Part shown: piece after piece, positions 50,218 through 61,500 of the stretch
Position numbering within the stretch: position 1 is the first letter of the stretch
How the letters are laid out: each line of letters begins with the position of its first letter
Assembly (NCBI GenBank): GCA_965197905.1
Contig: CBDAOB010000005.1
Coordinates: 1 to 64,000 of the forward strand
Reading direction: 5' to 3'
DNA length: 64,000 bases
From: Candidatus Latescibacterota bacterium
GTDB lineage: Bacteria > Latescibacterota > UBA2968 > UBA8231
Notes under the pieces: model-generated
What the model was told of the DNA's origin: nothing
Seen by the model: only the letters and a program-made list of their open reading frames with translations
Databases searched by the model: none
Translations under genes and position numbers: made by a program

Positions 50218-50545
50218 CCCGGTCGTTTCGCGAGCCGAGGTCATCGCAGTACCAAGCGCCCAACCATAAATACAAGCGCCGCCCGACCTCGACCTGCACG
50301 AGTGTCCAAAACCTCCTTGACCGACTCGTTGCAGAGGACGCCCGGACTGTTCACCGGTCTCGATCTCCTCAAATACGGACAAAACCACCAATTATGGATA
50401 CAACCATTACAGATCTACACAAATTGCCTGGAATCTGAAAACGACTCCGATTACCTTCCATTGATCGCCGGGCCGAAGCTGCACGCCGCTGCTCTGTATA
50501 CCATTATAGTACCTCCGGCGACGGAACCTTCCCGGTCCGGACTCG

Positions 50546-51622
50546 ATGCTGCCTACCGAATCTCACTTCGACTCTACCCATACGCCTGACCTACCTCCAC
50601 TTCTAGCCGAACTCGGCATCACCCTCGCCGTCACTACCTACCAGGCTGGCAAGGTGATTCTCATCAGCTCCGACGGCCAAGGGTTGCAGCATCTGCCGCG
50701 CACCTTCGACACCCCGATGGGCATGGCGGTCAAAGAGAACCAGATGGCGCTGGCGCTCAAGGACCGGATCGTGCTGCTGGCCAACGAACCGCGCCTGGCC
50801 GCGAGCTATCCAAACAAACCCAGCTACTACGATTCGCTGTGGGTCCCACGCTCGGTGCATTACTGCGGCGAGCTCAACGCCCACGACCTGGCCTTCGGTG
50901 AAGACGGCCTGGTGGGTGTCAACACCCTGTTCTCCTGTCTCTTTCGACTCGACGAGCAACACAGCTTCGTTCCGGTCTGGGAGCCGCCGTTTATCAGCGC
51001 CCTGGTCTCCGAGGACCGCTGCCATCTCAACGGCCTGGCGCTGGCGCCGGGAGAAGGCGAACAAGCTCTGGTGTCGGCATTGGGCACGAGCAACGAGCGC
51101 GAGGGTTGGCGCGAGAACAAGATGGAAGGGGGCGTGTTGATGAGCGTCCCGGAGGGCGAGACGGTGCTAAGCGGTCTGCCCATGCCCCACAGCCCCCGTT
51201 GGATCGGGGGCGAGCTCTATCTGCTGCTCTCCGCCCGCGGGGAGCTGGCAGTGGTGGATCTCGACGACGGCAGTTACGAGGTGATCCAGCGGGTTCCCGG
51301 ATTCGCACGAGGACTGGCCTTTCACGGCGACTATCTATTCGTCGGCGTGTCGCGTTTGCGGCCGGGCCGGATTTTCGGTGACGTGCCGCTGGCGGAGGGT
51401 GACACCAAGTGCGGCGTGGCGGTGGTGCATCGACCGAGCGGAGCGCTGATGGGCATGGTCGAATACACCTCCTCCTGCGAGGAGGTCTACGATGTGCAGG
51501 TGCTCGCCGGCATGCGCAGGCCGGGCATCCTCGGACTGGAAACCCCGACTCACCTGAGCTCGCTCTCGATTCCGCAAGAAACCTTCTGGATGGCGCCTGA
51601 TGCTGAGGAAGATGAGGGCTGA
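50546..51622 (+). CDS. TIGR03032 / DUF4915 family protein
   Basis: TTYQAGK, VNTLFSCL, SFVPVWEPPFIS, EDRCHLNGLA, GLPMPHSPRW and PGFARGL. Confidence 0.9.
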   Translation: MLPTESHFDSTHTPDLPPLLAELGITLAVTTYQAGKVILISSDGQGLQHLPRTFDTPMGMAVKENQMALALKDRIVLLANEPRLAASYPNKPSYYDSLWVPRSVHYCGELNAHDLAFGEDGLVGVNTLFSCLFRLDEQHSFVPVWEPPFISALVSEDRCHLNGLALAPGEGEQALVSALGTSNEREGWRENKMEGGVLMSVPEGETVLSGLPMPHSPRWIGGELYLLLSARGELAVVDLDDGSYEVIQRVPGFARGLAFHGDYLFVGVSRLRPGRIFGDVPLAEGDTKCGVAVVHRPSGALMGMVEYTSSCEEVYDVQVLAGMRRPGILGLETPTHLSSLSIPQETFWMAPDAEEDEG

Positions 51623-51729
51623 GCCACGGAAATCTCAACGAGGACGGGGTCGAAACCCTGCTGTAGTCGATAAGCGGCACACAAACGTCGAAAGCGGTAC
51701 ACTTTTCGCGCATCCGCTTTGACGGGTTG

Positions 51730-51954
51730 TTAACCAGCTTCTTCCCATTCCAGGACTGGTTTTCGATTGCTGGATACACAGTCGCGCAAATAAAGATTGA
51801 TCAGATTTTGGTATGACATGCCGGTTTCGTCAGCCAGCGCTTTGAAGTAGTCGATCACGTCCACCCCCAAGCGGATTGTCACCTGTTTCTTAAGGCGACT
51901 CGCAAAAGGGTTCTTGCGGCGCTTCATTCTGGAAAGGTTGTATTCTCTCTTCAT
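51730..51954 (-). CDS. BrnA-family antitoxin
   Basis: MKREYNLS...KNPF...KKQVTIRL..DVIDYFK......YQNLINLYLRDC. Confidence 0.88.
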   Translation of the reverse strand: MKREYNLSRMKRRKNPFASRLKKQVTIRLGVDVIDYFKALADETGMSYQNLINLYLRDCVSSNRKPVLEWEEAG

Positions 51955-52238
51955 GACTCCTCCAGGTACTCGGCCCGCTCCTTTTTCGTTGGTTTGCGGG
52001 CAGATATAATGCGGATAACGGACTCCTCATCTCGAAAGCAGTGCACGACTACCAAAATACGGAGCTTGGAGCTGCAGCCCAGCATCAGAAAGCGGTCTTC
52101 TCCGAGCACATCGTCATCAAAGAACTGCAATGCATGCTCGTCGAAAAAGACAGTCTGAGCCTCTTCGAACGAAACGCCGTGTTTCCTTTGATTCGCCTTA
52201 TTCTTGGCTTCGTCCCAATCAAACTGCAGATCTGCCAT
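51951..52238 (-). CDS. BrnT-family toxin
   Basis: FDWDEAKNKANQRKHGVSFEEA...EDRF..LG...IRIISARK. ATGA overlap with the antitoxin. Confidence 0.92.
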   Translation of the reverse strand: MADLQFDWDEAKNKANQRKHGVSFEEAQTVFFDEHALQFFDDDVLGEDRFLMLGCSSKLRILVVVHCFRDEESVIRIISARKPTKKERAEYLEES

Positions 52239-52414
52239 CTTGGAGTTAATTATAATATACTTATACTGTAGTGGACAGCTTGGAATCGGACAAATATTGG
52301 ATATCTCGCTGTGCTGCCAGTGCCGTGAAGCGGAAGTCGGGTCGGTCGCCATCGATCTCAACCGAGACGGGGTCATCGACGGCGGCGATCTCTTTATCGG
52401 TGACGCAGACAGCG

Positions 52415-55400
52415 ATGATAACTGAAGCCCACAACGCCAGCATCCACCACCTCAGCGACCGCGCCCTCTACCGCCGCAGCGAAGAGATGCTCTTCGAGGC
52501 GGCGCGGCTGCACTGCACCGGCCGGCGCTCCGGTCTGCGCCGGAGGGTCCGTCGCTATCTCAAGCCGTATCGCCGCGACCGCAACTTTCTCACCTCCCTC
52601 GCCTCGTCGGTGGGGCGGGCATTGGTGGTCGCCTTCCTGTTGGCGCAGCTGTGGGCGACGGAGGTGAACGCCCAGCCTTCCTTCAGTTCCTCCTCGCCGG
52701 CCAACGCCACCCACGCCACCGCGGTTAGCGCCAACATCAGCGCCACCTTCACCGAAGCGATCGCCGCCGGCACAGTGTCGAGTACGACCTTTGTATTGCA
52801 CGGCGGGTTCATCGGGAAGCATTCCACCGGAGGTACCGCTAGCACCCACAAGGACGCCACCTACACCGGCGGCGGTACGACGACGCTGACTATCAATCCC
52901 GGGGCCGACTTCGCGCCGGGGGAGCTGGTGAGCGTGTCGCTGACGACGGGGCTGCAGAACGGCAGCGCGCAGGCGCTGACGGCGGCGAAGGTGTATCAGT
53001 TCCGTGCGGCGGCAACGGGCGGGCCGGCGGTGTTCAGCAATGCGTCGCGTGATGTCGCAACCGCGACGAACGATACCCGCGCGACCTCACTGGGTGACTT
53101 GGATGGCGACGGCGATCTCGACCTGATCACCGGTAATAACCTCCAGGTGAACCAGGTGTATCTGGGCAATGGCAGTGGGTCCTTCGCCGCCGGCAACAAC
53201 GTCGAAACCGGGACGACGCTCAGGACCCACGCCACTTCGCTAGGTGACCTGGATGACGACGGCGATCTCGACCTGATCACCGGCAATAACCTCGAGGTGA
53301 ACCGGGTGTACTTGGGCAACGGCAGTGGGTCCTTCGCCGCTGGCAACAACGTCGAAACGGGTACGACGCTCAGGACCTACGCCACTTCACTAGGGGACCT
53401 GGACGGCGACGGCGACCTCGATCTGATTACCGGCAATAACGGCGAGGTGAATCGGGTATATCTGGGCAATGGCAGTGGGTCCTTCGCCGCCGGCAGCGAT
53501 GTCGAAACGGGCACGACGAACAATACCCGAGCCGTGTCGTTAGGGGACTTGGACGGCGACGGCGATCTCGATCTGATTACCGGAAACTACATCGCGGTGG
53601 ACCGGGTGTATTTGGGCAACGGTGACGGCACGTTCGCGGCCGGCAGCGATGTGGAAACCGGGACTCCGCTCAGGACCTTCGCCACCTCATTGGGGGACCT
53701 GGACGGCGACGGCGATCTCGATCTGGCCACTGGCAATCACAGTCCCCAGGTGAACAAGGTGTACTTGGGCAATGGCAACGGCACGTTCGCCGCCGGCAGC
53801 GACTTGGAATCGGGGATAACAAACGCTACTCGATCAACCCCGTTGGGAGACCTGGATGGTGATGGCGACCTCGATCTGATCACGGGCAACTACAGCAATC
53901 AGGCGAACCGGTTGTATTTAAGTAATGGCAATGGCACGTTTGCCGCTGGCAGCAATGCCGCTACGCCGACGAATCAGACCTGGAGCGTATCGTTAGGCGA
54001 CCTGGACGGCGACGGCGATCTCGATCTGATTACCGGTAATGAAGGCCAAGCGAACCGCGTCTATCTCAACAACAACACCAACTTCTCTTCTTCATCGCCA
54101 GCGGTAAACGCCCACAACGCAGCGACCACCTCGAACGTCAGCGCCACCTTCGGCCAATCGATGCAGGCGGCGACGAGCTCGACCTTTTTGGTGCACGGCG
54201 GTTTTACGGGCAAGCGGGCCGGCAGCTACAGCGGCGCCAGCAGTATGACCCTGACCTTCGATCCCACCAACGACTTCCGACCCGGCGAGGTGGTGGATGT
54301 GACCCTGACCGCCGGTTTGAAGAGCACCGCCGGCGATGCTTTTCAAAAGCCGAAGTCCTACCGCTTCCGCGCCACGGCGACCGCGGGGCCGGTGGTCTTC
54401 AGCTATGAGACGAGCGATGTCGAAACGGGTACGACGAACAAGGCCGGGTCCACCTCACTAGGCGACTTGGACGGCGATGGCGATCTCGATCTGATTGTCG
54501 GCAACACTGGCAGCCAGGTGAACCGGGTGTATCTGAATACCGCCAGCGGGGTCTTCGCCGCTGGCAGCGATGTCGAAACGGGCACGACGAACTCTACCTT
54601 TGCCACTTTGTTAGGTGACTTGGATGGCGACGGCGATCTCGATCTGATTACTGGCAATGACAACGGCCAGGTGAACCGGGTATATCTGGGCAATGGCAGC
54701 GGGGCTTTCGCCGCTGGCAGCGATGTCGCTACGCCGACGAACGCTACCCGATCCGCCTCGTTAGGTGACTTGGACGGCGACGGCGATCTCGATCTGATCA
54801 CGGGCAACTACAATAATCAGGTAAACCGGTTGTATTTAAGTAATGGCAGCGGGGCTTTCGCCGCTGGCAGCGATGTCGCTACGCCGACGAATCAGACCCG
54901 ATCTGTTTCGTTAGGTGACTTGGACGGGGATGGGGATCTCGATCTGATTACCGGCAATGGTAGCAGCCAGGTCAACCGAGTGTATTTAAGCAATGGGAAC
55001 GGGACCTTTGCCGCCGGCAGCGATGTCGAAACGGGCACGACGAATGTTACCCTTGCCACCTCGTTGGGTGATTTGGACGGCGACGGCGATCTCGATCTGA
55101 TTACCGGCAATCACAACCAGGTGAACCGGGTGTATTTGGGCAATGGCAGCGGGGCTTTCGCCGCCGGCAGCGATGTCGAATCGGGTACGACGAATAAAAC
55201 CTTTTCCACCTCGTTAGGTGATTTGGACGGCGACGGCGATCTCGATCTGATTACCGGCAATGACAGCCAGGTCAATCGGGTGTATTTGGGCAATGGCAGT
55301 GGTGCCTTCGCCGCCGGCAGCAATGTCGCTACGCCGACGAACGCTGCCCGATCCGTTTCGTTAGGCGACTTGGACTCAGATGGCGATCTCGATCTGATCG

Positions 55401-58400
55401 CTGGTAATTACAGCCAGGTCAATCGCGTATATCTCAATTCGGGCAACAAAGACGGCACCCTGACGGCGAGTGCCACCCTCGACGAGAGCAGCGCCATCGC
55501 CTTGCCGTCGACCGCTACGAGCTCGGGCGCGGCGGTCGATCTGTTCGACTTCACGCTCACCGACGGCGGTGGCGGTGACGGGTTTTCGCTGGGTGTGTCT
55601 AAGATCGTAATCCACACCTCGGGGACCGGTCCCTTCTCCCAGGTTACCTGGCTGCTCAACGGCCCCGACGCCACCAATGTCACCGGTACCTATAGCTCCG
55701 GTACCAACACCATCACCTTCTCCGGCCTGTCGGTCTCGGTGGCCGACGGAGGCAACGAGACCTACACCCTGCGGGGTTATTACGGCACCAACACCGGCCT
55801 GACCGAAGGACAGACCTTCTCGTTCTCCAGCGATGGCGACACCGATGTGACGATGACCAACAACCTCGGGTCGAGCATGGCGATCAGCAGCGCGGCGGTG
55901 AGCAACGGGGTGGCGGCTCAAGTGGGGATTACGGCGACGAAGCTCGCTTTTTCGACACAGCCGGCACCGCTGGCGCTGACCTCGGGCACCCAGCTCGATT
56001 TCACCACCGACCCGGCGGCGACGCTCAAAGACGCCGCGGGCAACCTCGACCTGACAGCGACGACGGTGACGCTGGCGGAAAACGGGGCGGGCACGTCGAC
56101 CTTCGTCAACAACACCGCGACCTCTGCCAGCGGGGTGGCGACCTTCAACGGACTGTTGCTGACCTACAATGCCCTCGACGCTTCGAGCATCGCGTTGGTG
56201 GCCTCCGCCGGCAGCCTGACAGCGACTTCCTCTTCGTTTGCGGTAACCGCCTTTCCCCTGGAGGCCAACAACACCGGGGTGTCCACTAGCGAGGGCGGGA
56301 CCGCGACGATTTCGTCGGACCAGCTGAAATTCACCGATGCTGCCAGCACCAATTCGCAGATCGTCTATACCATAGGCACCGCGCCCGCGGTGGGAGAGAT
56401 CCGCAAGAGCGGCACCGCCCTCGCCGCCAGTGGCACCTTCACGCAGGATGACATCGACAACGGCTTGGTGAGTTACACGCACAACGGCAGCGAAAACTTC
56501 ACCGACAGCTTCACCTACACGGTGTCGGGCAGTGCTGGCTTGTCAACCAGCAGCTTCGGATTCGGTTTCGAGATCGAGCCGGTCAACGACGCGCCTTCGC
56601 TGGACGTGCTGAGGGATGTGCCGGTGGAAGAGGGCGGCTACGTCGTCATCAGCAACGGGTATCTGCGTATCCTCGATGGGGACACCCACGCCAGTAAGCT
56701 GATCTTCACTGTGCAGGCGGCACCGGTCCATGGCCGCCTCAACCAGGGCAGCTTCTCCCAGGCCGACATCGATGAATCGCTGGTGACGTACATCCACAAC
56801 GGCTCCGATTCCAAAGCCGACAGCCTGCTTTTCAGCGTTGCCGATGCCAACGGTCTGGAGCTGATCAGCACTTGGCTACATTTCGTGATTCAGGCGCGCA
56901 ACGATGCACCGGTTATCCCGTCGATCGAGCATCTCTCTATAAAGGAAGGGGAGCTGCTGGTGCTGGACCTTACGGCCACCGATCCGGAAGGCGCATCGGT
57001 GGCGACGACGGTGACTGGACTTCCCACCGGTGCTACGCTGGACGGTACGATCCTCAAGTGGTTGCCGTTGTACGACCAATCCGGCACCTATCCGCTGGGT
57101 GTGGACTACGACGACGGCGAGGGCGGGACCAGCCGGCTGCGCTTCGAGATTCATGTGGGCGAGACCCCGATCCCAATGCTGATGCCGGAACCGAGTCTGC
57201 TGGACTTCGGGGACGTCGCTGCCGGCGAAACGGCGGACCTGACGTTTGTCCTGGTGAACAACGCGCCGATATCGATGGACCTGGCTCCTTTTGCGAGCAC
57301 GTCCGCTTACCTGAAGGTGGTGAGTCCGGCTTTTCCAGTTAGTCTACTGCCGGGCGCACAGTTGGATGTCACGGTGCGTTTCGCAGCCACCGACGACCGG
57401 GTAGAGATGCAGCAGGGCCGACTTACCTGCTCCAGTGAACTTGGTCAGGTGGAGGTGTCTGCCTTGGGTCGCAGTATCTGGTCGCGGCTGGTGGCCGACG
57501 AAGACGAGGTGCGTTTTCTTCCGGCGACCATCGGCGACATCCGCTGGCGCCACCTGACGTTGAGCAATCCCGGGAATCTACCGTTGGATATTTCCACGCA
57601 GCTTCCCGAGGACTCTGCATTCGGAGTCGAGCCGATAAAACTGACCATTCCCGGCGGTGAGGAGCGAACCATGCGCGTCCGTTTCGCGCCCTCGACCAAC
57701 CATCCCGTCGAGACGAGTCTGACGTTGATTAGCGCGGCGGGGCAACTGGACATCCCGCTGCGTTGCCAGGGTCGTGAGCCGGAGGAAGGACCGGTGTCCA
57801 TCGACTTCGACCTGGATCAGGGGAACCAGCAGCAAGACCAAATCGGCGGCGCCACTGCCGGCTTGGTTTACCAGCTACAGCTATATGCCAACGACGCACC
57901 GGCGATCTCGGGGTGGAGTGTGCGGGTCGACTTCGACGCCAGGCAGGTGTCGTACGTGGACGGCAGCTTTGCCCCCGGCGCTTTTCTCAGCCAGCTGGTA
58001 CCCCTGGCCAGCGTCGGCGACGGTTATGTGGAAATCGGTGGCGACGTTCTGGCCCGGCAGCGCGCGGCGTCGGGTAACGGGATCCTCGGCACGCTATCGT
58101 TTCAAGTGCAGGACGGCTTTTCAGAGGAAACCGAGCTGGCTGTCAGTCGCGTAACCTGGCATCGCGAGGACTGGATCGGTCCCGACCGTACCATCGTACA
58201 TGCGCCGGCCAGCATTTCCGCGGTTGATCTGGTTCCCATCGAGGATGGAGATGTTGACGTTCTCAGCGATGCCGGCGGTGGGGACGTCCCTATCGAGGAT
58301 GTAGATGTCGACGTCCCCCTCAAGGTTGGGGATTTCAACGCCGATGGCCGTGTCACCATGGACGATCTGTTTCTGATGGCGGACCAGTTCAATCAGACGG

Positions 58401-58498
58401 TGCCGCCGGCGGAAGTCCGCTTCGATTTCAACGAAGATGGCCGCATCGACAATACTGACGTATTGTTTTTGATCGATCTGATCAAACAGGACCGGTAA
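52415..58498 (+). CDS. Giant secreted protein: 86-aa leader, (Ig-like + 7 FG-GAP blades) x2, Ig/cadherin-like repeats, ASH-like domains, cohesin-like and dockerin-like tail
   Basis: 14 GDLDGDGDLDL..GN...NRVYL repeats in two sets of seven. FTQDDIDNGLVSYTHNGSE and VNDAP motifs. Terminal GDFNADGRVTMDDLF...DFNEDGRIDNTD. Confidence 0.88.
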   Translation: MITEAHNASIHHLSDRALYRRSEEMLFEAARLHCTGRRSGLRRRVRRYLKPYRRDRNFLTSLASSVGRALVVAFLLAQLWATEVNAQPSFSSSSPANATHATAVSANISATFTEAIAAGTVSSTTFVLHGGFIGKHSTGGTASTHKDATYTGGGTTTLTINPGADFAPGELVSVSLTTGLQNGSAQALTAAKVYQFRAAATGGPAVFSNASRDVATATNDTRATSLGDLDGDGDLDLITGNNLQVNQVYLGNGSGSFAAGNNVETGTTLRTHATSLGDLDDDGDLDLITGNNLEVNRVYLGNGSGSFAAGNNVETGTTLRTYATSLGDLDGDGDLDLITGNNGEVNRVYLGNGSGSFAAGSDVETGTTNNTRAVSLGDLDGDGDLDLITGNYIAVDRVYLGNGDGTFAAGSDVETGTPLRTFATSLGDLDGDGDLDLATGNHSPQVNKVYLGNGNGTFAAGSDLESGITNATRSTPLGDLDGDGDLDLITGNYSNQANRLYLSNGNGTFAAGSNAATPTNQTWSVSLGDLDGDGDLDLITGNEGQANRVYLNNNTNFSSSSPAVNAHNAATTSNVSATFGQSMQAATSSTFLVHGGFTGKRAGSYSGASSMTLTFDPTNDFRPGEVVDVTLTAGLKSTAGDAFQKPKSYRFRATATAGPVVFSYETSDVETGTTNKAGSTSLGDLDGDGDLDLIVGNTGSQVNRVYLNTASGVFAAGSDVETGTTNSTFATLLGDLDGDGDLDLITGNDNGQVNRVYLGNGSGAFAAGSDVATPTNATRSASLGDLDGDGDLDLITGNYNNQVNRLYLSNGSGAFAAGSDVATPTNQTRSVSLGDLDGDGDLDLITGNGSSQVNRVYLSNGNGTFAAGSDVETGTTNVTLATSLGDLDGDGDLDLITGNHNQVNRVYLGNGSGAFAAGSDVESGTTNKTFSTSLGDLDGDGDLDLITGNDSQVNRVYLGNGSGAFAAGSNVATPTNAARSVSLGDLDSDGDLDLIAGNYSQVNRVYLNSGNKDGTLTASATLDESSAIALPSTATSSGAAVDLFDFTLTDGGGGDGFSLGVSKIVIHTSGTGPFSQVTWLLNGPDATNVTGTYSSGTNTITFSGLSVSVADGGNETYTLRGYYGTNTGLTEGQTFSFSSDGDTDVTMTNNLGSSMAISSAAVSNGVAAQVGITATKLAFSTQPAPLALTSGTQLDFTTDPAATLKDAAGNLDLTATTVTLAENGAGTSTFVNNTATSASGVATFNGLLLTYNALDASSIALVASAGSLTATSSSFAVTAFPLEANNTGVSTSEGGTATISSDQLKFTDAASTNSQIVYTIGTAPAVGEIRKSGTALAASGTFTQDDIDNGLVSYTHNGSENFTDSFTYTVSGSAGLSTSSFGFGFEIEPVNDAPSLDVLRDVPVEEGGYVVISNGYLRILDGDTHASKLIFTVQAAPVHGRLNQGSFSQADIDESLVTYIHNGSDSKADSLLFSVADANGLELISTWLHFVIQARNDAPVIPSIEHLSIKEGELLVLDLTATDPEGASVATTVTGLPTGATLDGTILKWLPLYDQSGTYPLGVDYDDGEGGTSRLRFEIHVGETPIPMLMPEPSLLDFGDVAAGETADLTFVLVNNAPISMDLAPFASTSAYLKVVSPAFPVSLLPGAQLDVTVRFAATDDRVEMQQGRLTCSSELGQVEVSALGRSIWSRLVADEDEVRFLPATIGDIRWRHLTLSNPGNLPLDISTQLPEDSAFGVEPIKLTIPGGEERTMRVRFAPSTNHPVETSLTLISAAGQLDIPLRCQGREPEEGPVSIDFDLDQGNQQQDQIGGATAGLVYQLQLYANDAPAISGWSVRVDFDARQVSYVDGSFAPGAFLSQLVPLASVGDGYVEIGGDVLARQRAASGNGILGTLSFQVQDGFSEETELAVSRVTWHREDWIGPDRTIVHAPASISAVDLVPIEDGDVDVLSDAGGGDVPIEDVDVDVPLKVGDFNADGRVTMDDLFLMADQFNQTVPPAEVRFDFNEDGRIDNTDVLFLIDLIKQDR

Positions 58499-58504
58499 GG
58501 CCAG

Positions 58505-61500
58505 ATGACCACAGAAGCTCACGACGCAACTATAGCCCACTTGAGCGACCGGGCGCTGTATCGTCGCAGCGAAGAGATGCTCTTCGAGGCGGCGCGGCTC
58601 CACTGCAGCGGCCGGCGCTCCGGCCTGCGCAAGCGGGTGCGCCGCTACCTGAAGCCCTATCGGCGCGACCGGGTCTTTCTGACCTCGCTCGCCTCTTCGA
58701 TTGGGCGGTTGTTAGTCGTCGCCTTCCTGCTGGCGCAGCTGTGGGCCACCGAGGCGAACGCCCAGCCTTCCTTCAGCTCCTCCTCGCCGGCCAACGCCAC
58801 TCACGCCACCGCCCCCACCGGCAACATAAGCGCGACGTTTACCGAGGCGATCGCTGGCGGGACCGTCTCCAGCACAACGTTTGTAGTGCACGGAGGTTTT
58901 ATCGGCAAACACTCTACAGGCGGCACAGCCAGCACGCACCAGGATGCTACCTACACCGGGCAAGGCACGACGACCTTGACCTTTGATCCAGGGGAAAATC
59001 TTACTCCAGGTGAGCTGTTGAGCGTGTCGTTGACGACCGGGTTGCAAAACGGCAGCGCCCAGGCGTTGACGGCGGGCAAAGTATTCCAGTTCCGGGCGGC
59101 GGCGGGAGCGGGTCCGAGAGTTTTCGACAACACCTCCAACAACATCGATACTCCGACGAACGACACCCGCGAAGTGATGTTGGGCGATTTCGACGGCGAC
59201 GGCGATCTGGATGTTGTTGCGGCGAACTATGCTGTCGTGAATCGAGTGTATCTGGGCAACGGCAACGGCACTTTCGCCGTGGGCAGCAATATTGATACTC
59301 CGACCAACAACACGCGACACCTATCGACAGGCGATCTCGACGGCGATGGGGACCTTGACGTGGTCATCGCCAACAACAACCAGGTTAACAGGGTGTATCT
59401 GGGCAACGGCAATGGCACCTTCGCCGTCGGTAGCAACGTAGACACGCCGACCAATGCGACGCTCGAACTAATTCTGGGCGATCTCGACGCCGACGGGGAT
59501 CTGGATCTGGTCACCGGCAATAACAACCAGGTCAACCGAGTCTATCTCAGCAATGGCAACGGGACCTTCGCTACCGGAAACGACGTAGGTACGCCGGCAA
59601 ACGCTACGAGATCGGTCGAGCTGGGAGATGTGGATGCGGATGGGGATCTGGATCTGATCGTGGCCAACTATAATCAGACGAATCGCATTTACTCAGGAAA
59701 TGGCAATGGCACGTTCGCCGTGGGCACCAATGTTGACACGCCGACGAACCAAACCCAGACCGTGCGCTTGGGGGACCTGGATGGGGACGGCGATTTCGAT
59801 CTGGTCGCCGGCAATCGCTATCAGGTGAACCGGGTTTATCTGGGCAATGGCAATGGCACCTTTGCCTCTGGATCCAATATCGACACCCCGACGAATCAAA
59901 CCATGTCCGTCTCGCTGGGGGACCTGGATGGGGACGGTGATCTCGATTTGATCACCAGCAACAACACGCAGGTGAATAGGATGTATCTGGGTACCGGCAC
60001 CGGGACGTTTGCGTCGGGTACAGATGTCGACACACCGACCAATAATACCCGGGCGGTGCCCCTAGGGGATGTGGACGGGGACGGCGACCTGGATCTGGCG
60101 ACGGGCAATTCCACTCAGGTCAACCGGGTGTATCTGAACAACGGAGCGGTGTTTTTGTCGTCGTCGCCGACCGCCAACAACAAAAGCGTGACGACCACAT
60201 CCAACGTCAGCGCCACCTTCAACCAGTCGATGAATGCGGCGACGACCTCGACCTTCCTCGTCCACGGCAGCATGACGGGCAAGCGCGCCGGGTCGTATAG
60301 CGGTGCCAGCAGCACGACCCTGACCTTCGATCCGACCAGCGACTTCAAGTCTGGCGAGCGCGTGGACGTAACGCTGACGACGAGTCTGCAGAACACCGCC
60401 AGCGAAGCATTGCAAACAGCCCGGACATTTCAGTTTGTCGCGGCGGCCAGCGGGGGACCGGCGGTGTTCAGCAACGCGTCGCATGCCGTCGATACGCCAA
60501 CGAATGCTACGCATACCGTGTCGTTAGGGGATCTGGATGGTGACGGCGATCTGGATATGGTTACTGGAAACGATAATCAGGTAAACCGGGTGTATTCGGG
60601 CAACGGCAACGCCACCTTCGCCTCGGGTAGCGATGTCGACACACCGACGAACAGGACTTTTTCCGTGTCGTTAGGCGATCTCGACGGGGACGGCGATCTG
60701 GATTTGGCTACCGGCAATCGCAATCAAGTGAACCGAGTATATCTGGGCAATGGCAGTGGCACCTTCGCCACGGGCAACAATATAGATACCCCAACCAATG
60801 ATTCTACCGCCATATTGTTAGGGGATATGGATGGTGACGGCGACCTGGATGTCGTAACAGGTAATCGAAGTCAAGTAAATCGGATATATCTGGGCAATGG
60901 CAATGGTACTTTCGCTGCGGGCAACGATGTCGATACCCCGACCAACGTGTCCTATTCAGCGCAGTTGGGAGATGTAGATGGGGACGGCGACCTCGATCTG
61001 GTAACGGGCAATAATCCTCAAGTGAACCGAGTATATCTGGGCAATGGCAATGGCACCTTCGCCTCGGGCAACGATGTCGATACGCCAACCAATGCGACCA
61101 CTTTCGTTCAGCTAGGAGATTTGGATGGGGATGGCGATCTGGATTTGGTCGCAGGCAATAACGCTCAAGTAAACCGGATTTACTTGGGCAACGGCAACGG
61201 GACGTTTGCCTCAGGCAACGATGTCGATACCCCAACCAATATAACTTTCTCCATGGTATTGGGGGATATAGATGGGGACGGTGATCTGGATCTGGTCGCG
61301 GGCAATCAGAGTGGAGTGAACCGGATGTATCTGGGCAACGGCAACGGTACCTTCGCCTCGGGCAGCGATGTCGATACGCCGGCGAATCAGACCATATCCG
61401 TTTCATTGGGGGATGTCGATGTGGACGGCGATATAGATTTGGTTACGGGCAATAACGGTGCTGTGAACCGCGTCTATCTGAACAACAATACCAAGTTTTC

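Noticed and set aside
50218..50545. Small ORFs or ncRNA between higA and DUF4915
   Set aside because: Only short repeats (CAAGCGCC twice, GAGGTC/GACCTC) are present, with no convincing RBS, motif or stable structure.
46700..52300. Integron, prophage or transposon explaining the TA cluster
   Set aside because: No integrase, transposase, phage gene, attC-like repeat or flanking direct repeat was identified.
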